Part shown: in pieces, positions 41,501 to 47,984 of the stretch
Layout: each line of letters begins with the position of its first letter
Position numbering within the stretch: the first letter of the stretch is position 1
Assembly: GCA_049324575.1 (NCBI GenBank)
Contig: JBMONI010000024.1
Span: 53,144 to 117,143, forward strand
DNA length: 64,000 nucleotides
Source: Candidatus Omnitrophota bacterium
GTDB lineage: Bacteria > Omnitrophota > Omnitrophia > Omnitrophales > Aquincolibacteriaceae
Reading direction: 5' to 3'
Program-made: the position numbers and the translations under genes
The notes under the pieces: model-generated
What the model was told of the DNA's origin: nothing
Database searches by the model: none
Seen by the model: only the letters and a program-made list of their open reading frames with translations

Positions 41501-44183
41501 GGCGCCGGATCCGCGACCGCTGGCCCGAAAATTGGGCCGGATCCGATGCGATCTCTCCGATCTCGCGCCGCCATTCGGAAAATTCGCTCTCCCGCTTGTC
41601 GAAATATTGCCGATCCCATTCATCCCCATATCCCCGGACCTGGAGAACAAGCTCTCCAAGCGTTTCCATGGCGGACCCCAGCGAGGCCATAAGACTCTCC
41701 GCTTGTTCACGCCCCCATCCTTCCGTCTTTTCTTCGACCAGGACAGCGTAAAAACGCGTCTTGAGATAAATAAAACGCAGAAGGTCCTTGACCATTTCTT
41801 CGGGAACCCCGGTAAGATCGATCTCACTGAAATATTTCCGGTTTTTTTCAGCTGCCGGATGTTCGAGGGCGTCTTGAAATGTAAAATTGGGCGTGATCAG
41901 CCCGGCTGTTTCTCCTTGCGCAACCGCTTCCTCAAGATCCGAAATGATCTTCGCCGAAACATGCCGGATCCAGCGAACAACACGCTCACTATCGGCCCCT
42001 TGATGTTTCATCTGGAAAAAGCGGATCACTTCAGGAATGACGTTATGATAAAAGATCTCGATCTCAAGCGGGAGCTTCGAAGGCTCCACCGGCGTTTCGA
42101 TAATACGGAACTTCGTCTTTGGCATGGTGATCATCTTTCCGTAAGCGGCCTGTTGAGCGATGATCCCGACCCCGCCTTCGATCACCATCTCCTGAGGCGG
42201 CGCCGAGCGAAGTTCGGCGCGGATAGGCCGCATCCGGATCTCACGCGCCGGCTGGAGGATCCGGTACCCGCGCGGATCGGCCGAAGTCAGGGTCTGCGAG
42301 AGGTTCGAGGTCTTCCGGGACACAACTTTTCCGGGAATTTTGGAGGAAAATCCAGGAGCCGCGTCGGACCGTTCCGTCCCGGCACCGTCGGCACGGCGCG
42401 TAGTTTTAAAAACCGGATGGGTGTGAAGGATCTCTTGGATCCGCGTTTGAAGATCACCCGCTGAAGCCCTTTTTTGCTTTTCGAGGGCCGGAAGCGCGAC
42501 CTCAACCAGCTCGCGATAAAAAAGTTTTTGCTGTTTCGTGTCGAGAAAAGCCGGGGCCGGGAGGCCGCGCGGCGCTTCGGCGTTCTTCCCCGTCATGACT
42601 TTTTCATAAGAAGCCGCATGACCTGGGTCTCCCGCGACGGGAAGAACGACCGCATGAGGGATCTTCCACTCACCCAGGATCTCTCCGATCCCCGTGCGGT
42701 GAAAGCCGCCCGTAACCAATACGGCAACACCGGCGCGGCCTTTGGGACCAGCCCGCTCAAGCAGCCGGGCCGCCAGGGCCCGGTCTCGTGCTTTGGCGGC
42801 ACGGTAGAAATCCTCAGCGGTCCGGATCCATACCGCCAGATCCCCGACGGAAGCGTTCTTTTGCATCGATCGGGCGAGCCAGCGATGGATCAAGCCACGG
42901 CGCATTTGATAGATCTCATGTTCCCGTTCGGTCAGTCCAGTCGAAAGAAGCTTTTCGAGAAGTTCCGCGTCCTTGATCCGGCGAAGGAAGCGCTCTTCCG
43001 GATAGCTTTTCGTGAGGGTGCGGATCAGGGCCTCTTCGAGCTTTGCGATCTCTTCAAAAAAAGCTTCGGCGTCGATCTCCTCGAGATAGACAGGGGTCAT
43101 CAGGCTCCCTACGAAATGCGGAAAGGCTTCAAGCCGAAGGCCCCGGCCAACCGCCATTCGATGGAGTTGCCGGACCCAGACCCTTCTGAGCTTGGGCGCC
43201 GGACCGGCCCCGGGAACTTCCGGGCGTTCCGGATTCAAGACCGGATCCACGCGAGCCAGGATCTCAAGATCCGCCTTGGACGCATTTTTTGACAAACGTT
43301 CCTTCAGCTGTTTCCACTCGTCACGGGCCCTGCCCTCCTCCGCATCCTTGGCGATCTGCTGGATCTTTTGGAACCGGGCCCTATGCGGAAAGCGGAATTG
43401 CTCGACGGGATCCGCCAGATCGATCTTGAGGAGGCGTGAAACTTTTTCCGAAAGAAGCTTTAAATAGGCCGCGAGGTCCGAAGATCCGCCGGCGCCGAGG
43501 GCCAAAGAGTATTTCCCCTCTTTCAGGCGTCGTCTTTCCCGAAGGAAATCCCGGAGTTCCGGATCCAAGATCCGCGAGCCTTCCCGATCGAGTTCATCAC
43601 GGATCGCGGACAGGGCCCGATGGATATCCTCCCTGGCATCCGCCAAAGCGAGATACGCGCCATAATTCGCACGATAAAGGCGCGGGGCTTCAAGGCCTTC
43701 GATCCTGACCGTTCTCCGCCCGCCGGTGTCCCTGTAATGGAGCCAGCCAAAAAGCTCGGCCCCGCTCAGTTCCCCTTTTTCGAGAAGATCGGCCACCACC
43801 GCGTCCCCGGCTTCGGGATATCCGGGAACCAGATCGTAATATTCCGGATGGAGCGGCCCCACGGCGCCTTCGACGCCAATGACCAGGGACGGATATTCCC
43901 GGTGTAAAACCTTCAGGATCTCCGCGATATGGACCTGCGCCGAGGGATTCGCATGGGCATCATTGATATGGATCACGAAAGGTCCGCCAGAGGAGGCCGG
44001 TTCCGGCAACGGCTGGACCTCGACGCTTCCGAATTCCCGCGGAAGTGAAAGCAGCTTCGTGAGAACTTCCGCATAGGGTCCCGCCGGGGATACGCCCCTT
44101 TCCGCCGCAGTCGCTAAAGGCGAAATTACGAAGGTCAGAAGCGTAAAAAATGCCGTTATTTTTTTTAGGTTCCGGTTTTGCAT
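35526..44183 (-). CDS. Giant (~2885 aa) exported multidomain protein: EreA/ChaN/TIKI-like domain, PTS enzyme I-like region, degenerate GlnD-like region, C-terminal domain
   Basis: Signal peptide MQNRNLKKITAFFTLLTFVISPLATA. VIHINDAH..VGVEG..RDRALA..VTGGFH. EI motifs NSHG, IRTEF, FRTFD, FPMV, MIE, SFGTND, CGALA. ACT motif DRPGLFASLTGVLA. R[AS]E[LV]RS at the domain junctions. Confidence 0.88.
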   Translation of the reverse strand: MQNRNLKKITAFFTLLTFVISPLATAAERGVSPAGPYAEVLTKLLSLPREFGSVEVQPLPEPASSGGPFVIHINDAHANPSAQVHIAEILKVLHREYPSLVIGVEGAVGPLHPEYYDLVPGYPEAGDAVVADLLEKGELSGAELFGWLHYRDTGGRRTVRIEGLEAPRLYRANYGAYLALADAREDIHRALSAIRDELDREGSRILDPELRDFLRERRRLKEGKYSLALGAGGSSDLAAYLKLLSEKVSRLLKIDLADPVEQFRFPHRARFQKIQQIAKDAEEGRARDEWKQLKERLSKNASKADLEILARVDPVLNPERPEVPGAGPAPKLRRVWVRQLHRMAVGRGLRLEAFPHFVGSLMTPVYLEEIDAEAFFEEIAKLEEALIRTLTKSYPEERFLRRIKDAELLEKLLSTGLTEREHEIYQMRRGLIHRWLARSMQKNASVGDLAVWIRTAEDFYRAAKARDRALAARLLERAGPKGRAGVAVLVTGGFHRTGIGEILGEWKIPHAVVLPVAGDPGHAASYEKVMTGKNAEAPRGLPAPAFLDTKQQKLFYRELVEVALPALEKQKRASAGDLQTRIQEILHTHPVFKTTRRADGAGTERSDAAPGFSSKIPGKVVSRKTSNLSQTLTSADPRGYRILQPAREIRMRPIRAELRSAPPQEMVIEGGVGIIAQQAAYGKMITMPKTKFRIIETPVEPSKLPLEIEIFYHNVIPEVIRFFQMKHQGADSERVVRWIRHVSAKIISDLEEAVAQGETAGLITPNFTFQDALEHPAAEKNRKYFSEIDLTGVPEEMVKDLLRFIYLKTRFYAVLVEEKTEGWGREQAESLMASLGSAMETLGELVLQVRGYGDEWDRQYFDKRESEFSEWRREIGEIASDPAQFSGQRSRIRRLIHLSLERADSMRDRCRRAAGAAKEKAAREREEFGEPSADTLQLLEDTKASLVLADRSVEHLLSVRPVVESAEAGIHEAAEDQIQKAAEVVDALLHRETAEVARLERLKKVREGWKAKKKASGKEALYLRRRLSELGGEDQPGGREIAQLYKAKQAEVHKAHRSMQNLAAIDPDRSYYQAFIQAMTDLLDLSKESGQQTKSQMTFRNISVTQFLYEHFAATMYREYLGVLGAVAGMKAMDEKVDEFMQKELDTKYDLYVFLNEAIEKIDVAIEKGMEKKIVDMREGYYAEILEGQQEDRFILLIDGEVAGPELQELWDRIGSRIEGIAFKKATHNSHGVLIAQGLPNRPVLVLLNGADEKVVEQVGRIQVGDPIVIESDERKSAVLYVHPTPERMPEVARKQALDKARAVMYGKEIRLPVTMKVRANMTPRDPIDEKNMSDGIALIRTEFMSHELLKKILGCIREAVIQDGELQASASSVSEILQLMLYEYEPILQNRVLNGKTVVFRTFDLESDKQVEILRESGKSLDRQGYWNGIREDVEKRLEAVFRDPGSSDLMPLVRHIRVDLGIPIFQGKEEAAIRTELSNLRSVSPKFIGKILNRFDKRTRDLSGLQFYRTPMGRKLLALQMASIILHTEKFGKEHPLVQILFPMVANEYDLDYLEEVHREAQEIAKEFIESGPEGRPVEAQALGSTIEYGAMIELREAVANRRAIVRHPFAQFFSFGTNDYEESIWSGHLSSLVRGEEEEGDEIEITRDDPGSENQFGQLRPDLLRGIIDWTQTEDDYNVQHPLDRPKDLCFCGALASDPAFLDFLQYLRKKFSKVSISVGVPANRVPEIRITAGILENFRSELRSTDPYYEALSDVTDDLVRGAVNGLLAPFMNFLGPWARFQGRYKEQGAMMSLRPRLLDPRNGIGTMEDLRFLKETLQVFVPQERDRLSAGREVTQADMTEMLRYLRFEIGGAPGTLVDEALAAKLEESYLFLSRAEAVFNEHYPKRRKIYPEIVLEFVGRFHAALGRDVATEISQESLSREFFRDYYHHINNVFVLVTRAVPEIVKLQYAPVYGASRRVNEDLVSRNRIGFRFSPRAGFVFDQADQLYPSPVTSAERYAASSGRIATAFQIATERHIGPSQELLMLLSKARSLMAGHHAAAQELQANGLYDLFSLEEAIYYTFWRYQHTTTFLRLMAPGYEKLSGRFPNPDDFYSADMMVNRAYQILNDILSTSRYQLYQLPKIYEEVVADASLRRILRFAIFLADFDAFDRRAYLSDIPRLSDPEREAILALVDGANEMIAMRDLLSNGAEKIAEEFLARVHRDTPENLKLLYLMVAVRKIAEIPAEIEPAMMHNGGFSITQMEKAYLAASHALSAGRLEAVAFQTAEDEVRELRFEWARAFIPDLEAQLLLVRDGTPLGVRYLNEYLGQSHASEDEKTALKALFSPENYRELIKEYLGHFRPEYVHSLSEDAVLKQLLFFAHVKIASRPAKISVAKVEGLPDSYREIIFGFKGDRPGLFASLTGVLASRDIVVESARVSAYGPMVFKRLLIRLKAGQDISGKEQRALEEDLNRLLAAESEPGTHAAILREIFAGQGHSGHFERFVDSGNSPMTEATFARDTQFEVEGMTGKAMVPTSVLNIRVTRWENFVYLATQGLFEKFGINIVGLFYGKGYLTDTLTLFINRGGEPVAESVKEEMVGYIKELLGKTGIEHDEVLGPRAEVRSIPSTSEWKTVLRNDFPGGAEVRITDFAPGVLLPLEMTGDEREGAVLALLADEPGAASVDNAELVDLLQPWLADSRFLSARPSAVAEPREEGRTAHVRLPLLRGAELDQLAEYLPAVLGAVVLTRAELRLNLTGYDAAFAAFYQARILAKAQQAGIVPAPGQFQVVGDNAERRVMASLPQTRLVGSHAVLLDEDSVGRVERRAGIARVWKYSSGRSPSRLAAHMMVVVRSLLEAQPGESYAVHDAEADAPGEFNAVLGILERARIDLLISTAA

Positions 44184-44347
44184 ATTTGAGTAAAGCCCAT
44201 TCTCCCGATCGATCATCCCCTCAACACACCCCTCCCCCAAAAGCCTCCGAAATGGGGACTACGAATCTGCTATCGTTATGCGGAAATTTCATGAACGAAT
44301 GAAAGGATACCTGAAGGAATTCAAAATATCAAATCGAAATCGCGTCC

Positions 44348-44372
44348 TAACTCATTATTTTAAAATGAGTTA
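44348..44372. promoter_or_regulatory. AT-rich inverted repeat upstream of the giant gene
   Basis: TAACTCATT-N7-AATGAGTTA with perfect 9-bp arms. Confidence 0.5.
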
Positions 44373-44490
44373 CAAAGTTTCGCTCCCTCTTCCGGCAGCA
44401 TACGGCCTTCCGAGGGATCGCTCGAGGGTCATGGAAGCGTCGGGAAGGGCCCCGGACATGCCGTCCCGGGAGATGGCTTTTTCTTTAAGA

Positions 44491-46140
44491 TCAGCCGGGT
44501 TCTCCCCACAAAAATCCTTGCCCGTAGGGAACCCCGATAGATCTCAGGATCTTAAGGTCTTCCGGGCTCTCGATGCCCTCGGCAATGATCTTGGCATGGA
44601 AACTCCTTAAAACGCTCAAAAGCCGGGCGAGCATTTCACGCCGGTCAGGGTCCTGGCTGATATTCTGCACGAACTTCTTGTCGATCTTGATCACATCGGG
44701 CTGAAGCACGATCAAGCTTTCAAGGCTGCTGCGCCCGAACCCTACGCCATCGATCGCCAACAGGATCTTCTGGGCCTTGAGATTTTCGACCGCAGGGACC
44801 AGCAACGAGGGATCGCCCAGGATCTGCTGCTCGCTGATCTCGACGCACCAGGACCGGCCCGGAGAAGTTGTGGGGAAAAATCGCGCAAATTTCTCCGGCG
44901 AGAATTTCGACAGCGTGGACGGAAAAAGATTAATATGCTTGTAGGCTTCCTGAGAAACCCGGGAAGCGGCCGCGACGGACTTTTCGAGACAGCGCTCATC
45001 CACCCTCGAAAGGATGTTATTCTCCTTGCTAAGATGAAAAAAATCGTTCGGCATTTCAAAACCCAGGATGCTGGACCTGGAAAGGAACTCATACCCATCG
45101 ACCCGGCCCGTCGCCAGCTCACAGATCGGCTGCTTGACCGCACGCAAACAATTCCCTTCCCAAAGCATCTCAACGACATGGTCCGGGGGCATCTCCCCGG
45201 GGCCGCCGGTGCTGACCCGGTTCTTTCCGAGCCGCTTGCTCCGGGCCAAGGCTTCATGCGTTTCCTCCAGAAGCCGATCAACGGTTGCGATCTTTCGATC
45301 AGCGCTTACACTTGCAAAACTCGCGGTCACCCGCACCGAGATATCGTTGGAAATGGGGATGGTGGCCTGAGCGATCGCGCGACGCACCCTCTCGGAAAAG
45401 TGCAACCCTTCGGCCAGGCGGGTATTCGGCAAGAGGAGAATAAACTCATCGCCTCCCACGCGAGCCACGTAATCGGATTCGCGGACCGTCCCCCTCATGA
45501 TCTTGGCCACCCGTTGCAGCACCGCATCCCCGGCCGCATGGCCGTGCGCGTCATTGATCGATTTGAAATCGTCCAAGTCAATGAGGATCACAGAAAGATT
45601 CGTCCCCTCGCGGCCGGAAAGCCGGATCTCACGGGACAGCATGCGCTGGAGGCCTCGGCGGTTCAGAAGTCTCGTGAGCGGATCGAGGATCGATAGCTTT
45701 TCGAGATGCATGTTGGCTTCTTCCATCTGCTTTTTCTGGCGATTCCGCTCCACGGCATGCGCGACCGTGCGAAAGATCGTTTTCCCGACGATCTCCCCTT
45801 TGACGACATAATCCTGGGCCCCCTGCCGGACGGCTTCCAGCGCGACATGCTCGTCATCGTTCCCGCTGAGGATCACACAAGGAATGTCCGGATGGGCGGC
45901 GGCCAGCCACTCGAAAGTCCCGATCCCCTGACTGTCCGGCAAGCCAAGGTCGAGGAGCACCGCATCGAAGGCCCCTTCCTGAAGCGCTCTATGAGCTTCC
46001 TCCAGGGAATGGACATGGGTCATCTCGTAGGAAATGGGATCATCCAACTTCGAAGCAAGTTGGAGGAACCGCACAAAATCGGGGTCGTCATCGACCAGAA
46101 GTATTTTGATGGTCACCGGCTGGACATCATAGGCTAGCAT
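44491..46140 (-). CDS. REC-GGDEF-EAL c-di-GMP signalling protein
   Basis: LLDLGLPDSQG receiver; RESD I-site plus GGDEF; EAL domain with EFLSR, IDGVG, IKID, AEGIE, QGF; GAGG RBS. Confidence 0.93.
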   Translation of the reverse strand: MLAYDVQPVTIKILLVDDDPDFVRFLQLASKLDDPISYEMTHVHSLEEAHRALQEGAFDAVLLDLGLPDSQGIGTFEWLAAAHPDIPCVILSGNDDEHVALEAVRQGAQDYVVKGEIVGKTIFRTVAHAVERNRQKKQMEEANMHLEKLSILDPLTRLLNRRGLQRMLSREIRLSGREGTNLSVILIDLDDFKSINDAHGHAAGDAVLQRVAKIMRGTVRESDYVARVGGDEFILLLPNTRLAEGLHFSERVRRAIAQATIPISNDISVRVTASFASVSADRKIATVDRLLEETHEALARSKRLGKNRVSTGGPGEMPPDHVVEMLWEGNCLRAVKQPICELATGRVDGYEFLSRSSILGFEMPNDFFHLSKENNILSRVDERCLEKSVAAASRVSQEAYKHINLFPSTLSKFSPEKFARFFPTTSPGRSWCVEISEQQILGDPSLLVPAVENLKAQKILLAIDGVGFGRSSLESLIVLQPDVIKIDKKFVQNISQDPDRREMLARLLSVLRSFHAKIIAEGIESPEDLKILRSIGVPYGQGFLWGEPG

Positions 46141-46316
46141 CACGCACCTCTTTTCTATTGCAGAAGTGCACAGGATCAAGACTCAGGGACACCCACAAAC
46201 CCAAAACACCCTTTTCCAAGACCTACGTTTCGGCAGCTTCTTTCCACGGCTTCAGAAAGCTCACGCCCCTTTTGACAATGTCGTCACCGTCAGGCAGCGC
46301 ATGATGAATCCTGCTT

Positions 46317-46634
46317 TCACAAAAGAGCATTGATCTTTGCCGCACACAAAAAATCATTATCCGAAAGACCCCCGATCGAATGCGTCGAATACCGCACCTG
46401 GCAGGTTTTATAACCGAACTCGATCTCCGGGTGATGATTTTCCCGGTTTGCGATCCATGCGACCGCGTTCACAAAGGGAACCGTCTCGGCATAATTTTTG
46501 AAAAAGAACGTCCGGACGATCTCCCCATGCTCATGACGCCATCCGGGGATTTGCTCGAGCAGAACACGGATCTCGGCCTCGCTCTTCGGTTTCACGCCGC
46601 CTTCACAAGGAACACACTTTTGGGTCAGGTCCAT
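46317..46634 (-). CDS. phhB: Pterin-4-alpha-carbinolamine dehydratase
   Basis: CVPCEGG, ENHHPEI, STHSIGGLSDNDFLCAAKI. Confidence 0.92.
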   Translation of the reverse strand: MDLTQKCVPCEGGVKPKSEAEIRVLLEQIPGWRHEHGEIVRTFFFKNYAETVPFVNAVAWIANRENHHPEIEFGYKTCQVRYSTHSIGGLSDNDFLCAAKINALL

Positions 46635-46709
46635 TGGAGCCTCCGTTTCAACATTTTACGGATCTTTTCCCCTTCGATAAGACCGGCAGCCCTGTCCGCT
46701 CGGCCGCGC

Positions 46710-47141
46710 TCAGTTCCACTGCGTCTTGGGAAGCAGTTTTTCGATCGCGTGAATGACATCCAAGGGATGGAACGGCTTTCGAAGAAAGGCGTTGATCCCG
46801 CATATCTCCATGAGCGGTAATTTGTCACCCTTAAAAAAACCGCTGACGGCAATGATCGGGATATTGCCCCCCTCCGGGAGATCCCGGATCTCATGAGCGA
46901 CCTCAAATCCGCTTTTTTCCGGCATTTTGATATCCAGCAGGACCAGTTCCGGACGGATCTTACGCACGACATCCAAGACCCTCAGCGGGTCCTGGACCGC
47001 AACCGTCTGGTACCCGCTTAACGCCAGCAGTTCGCTGAGCTCTTGAAGGAAAATTTCGTCGTCATCGACCACCACGACGGCCTTCGTCCTCAATTCTCGA
47101 TCGTCCAAAGTTTCCATCCCATTCACGCTTTCTTTATTCAT
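46710..47141 (-). CDS. Single-domain response regulator
   Basis: VVDDD, LLDIKMP, SG, KPF. Confidence 0.9.
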   Translation of the reverse strand: MNKESVNGMETLDDRELRTKAVVVVDDDEIFLQELSELLALSGYQTVAVQDPLRVLDVVRKIRPELVLLDIKMPEKSGFEVAHEIRDLPEGGNIPIIAVSGFFKGDKLPLMEICGINAFLRKPFHPLDVIHAIEKLLPKTQWN

Positions 47142-47256
47142 AGGGTTTCTAAGTCTTTTTGCCGCTTCGCTTCTTTATCCGAACCCCAGTTTTTCCGTTC
47201 CTGCATCATTCGCCACCGCATCCTTTTGCCGTCCTTCTTCTCCCGAAAGCATAACG

Positions 47257-47385
47257 TCATTTGTCTTTTCGGAATTTCATCGTTTCGCCGCAGCACGGTT
47301 GTTTTTTCCTTGAAGCTTCTCCGCATTTCCCGCATTCATAAAGCGATGTTTTTTTGCCTTTGCCTTGCCGAAGATGCTTCGCCAT
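47257..47385 (-). CDS. 42-aa Cys4 miniprotein (desulforedoxin/zinc-ribbon-like); missing from the ORF track
   Basis: AAGGAGGT RBS; MAKHLRQGKGKKTSLYECGKCGEASRKKQPCCGETMKFRKDK*. Confidence 0.72.
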   Translation of the reverse strand: MAKHLRQGKGKKTSLYECGKCGEASRKKQPCCGETMKFRKDK

Positions 47386-47576
47386 AACCCCGACCTCCTT
47401 TTCCTGCCCTTATCATATACCGAAGCCTCTCAAGGCCCATGGGCTGATTCCGGGATTTGCTGACTTTTTTCCCATCCGCGGAAACCCTTGAAAACAAAGC
47501 CCCGATGGGCCTCGGAAGGGATAGAGGGAAGCATTCTGGGCTTTCCGATGGACGAAGGATAAGGTTTGAAAAACGG

Positions 47577-47984
47577 TCAGGACCCGCCCAGCAATTTCCT
47601 GACCGTCGTCAGAAACTCTTCGACCGAGTAGGATTTACTGATGACCGCGTCCGCCCTCTGCAGATCGAAGGCCAACGGACTGTCGCCGGGTTCCATTTGT
47701 TGGGTCAGAAAACGGTGCACGACAGGATCCGCGCTGAAAATAGCGACCTTGGGCACTGCCGTTTCGGGAGAATAGCTCTTCATGTTCTTCAAAAGTTCGA
47801 GTCCGCTGAAATGAGGCACTTTGATATCCAGAAGGACCAGGTCATAATTGCCCTTGGCGATCATGGCCTTTCCGCGGATCCCGTCGAACGCCATGTCAAC
47901 CCCATATCCCTCCGCGGCAAGGGCTTCCGCCAATTCTTCGCACAAAACTTCATCATCATCCATCACGAGGACTCTCTTTTTCAT
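47577..47984 (-). CDS. Single-domain response regulator
   Basis: MKKRVLVMDDD, LLDIKVP, ISK; ATGA overlap with the kinase stop. Confidence 0.88.
   Translation of the reverse strand: MKKRVLVMDDDEVLCEELAEALAAEGYGVDMAFDGIRGKAMIAKGNYDLVLLDIKVPHFSGLELLKNMKSYSPETAVPKVAIFSADPVVHRFLTQQMEPGDSPLAFDLQRADAVISKSYSVEEFLTTVRKLLGGS

Noticed and set aside
39504-42464. 439-aa and 416-aa + strand ORFs inside the giant gene
   Set aside because: Antisense shadows without recognisable motifs.
46141-46316. Possible c-di-GMP riboswitch before the GGDEF gene
   Set aside because: No GEMM consensus elements visible.
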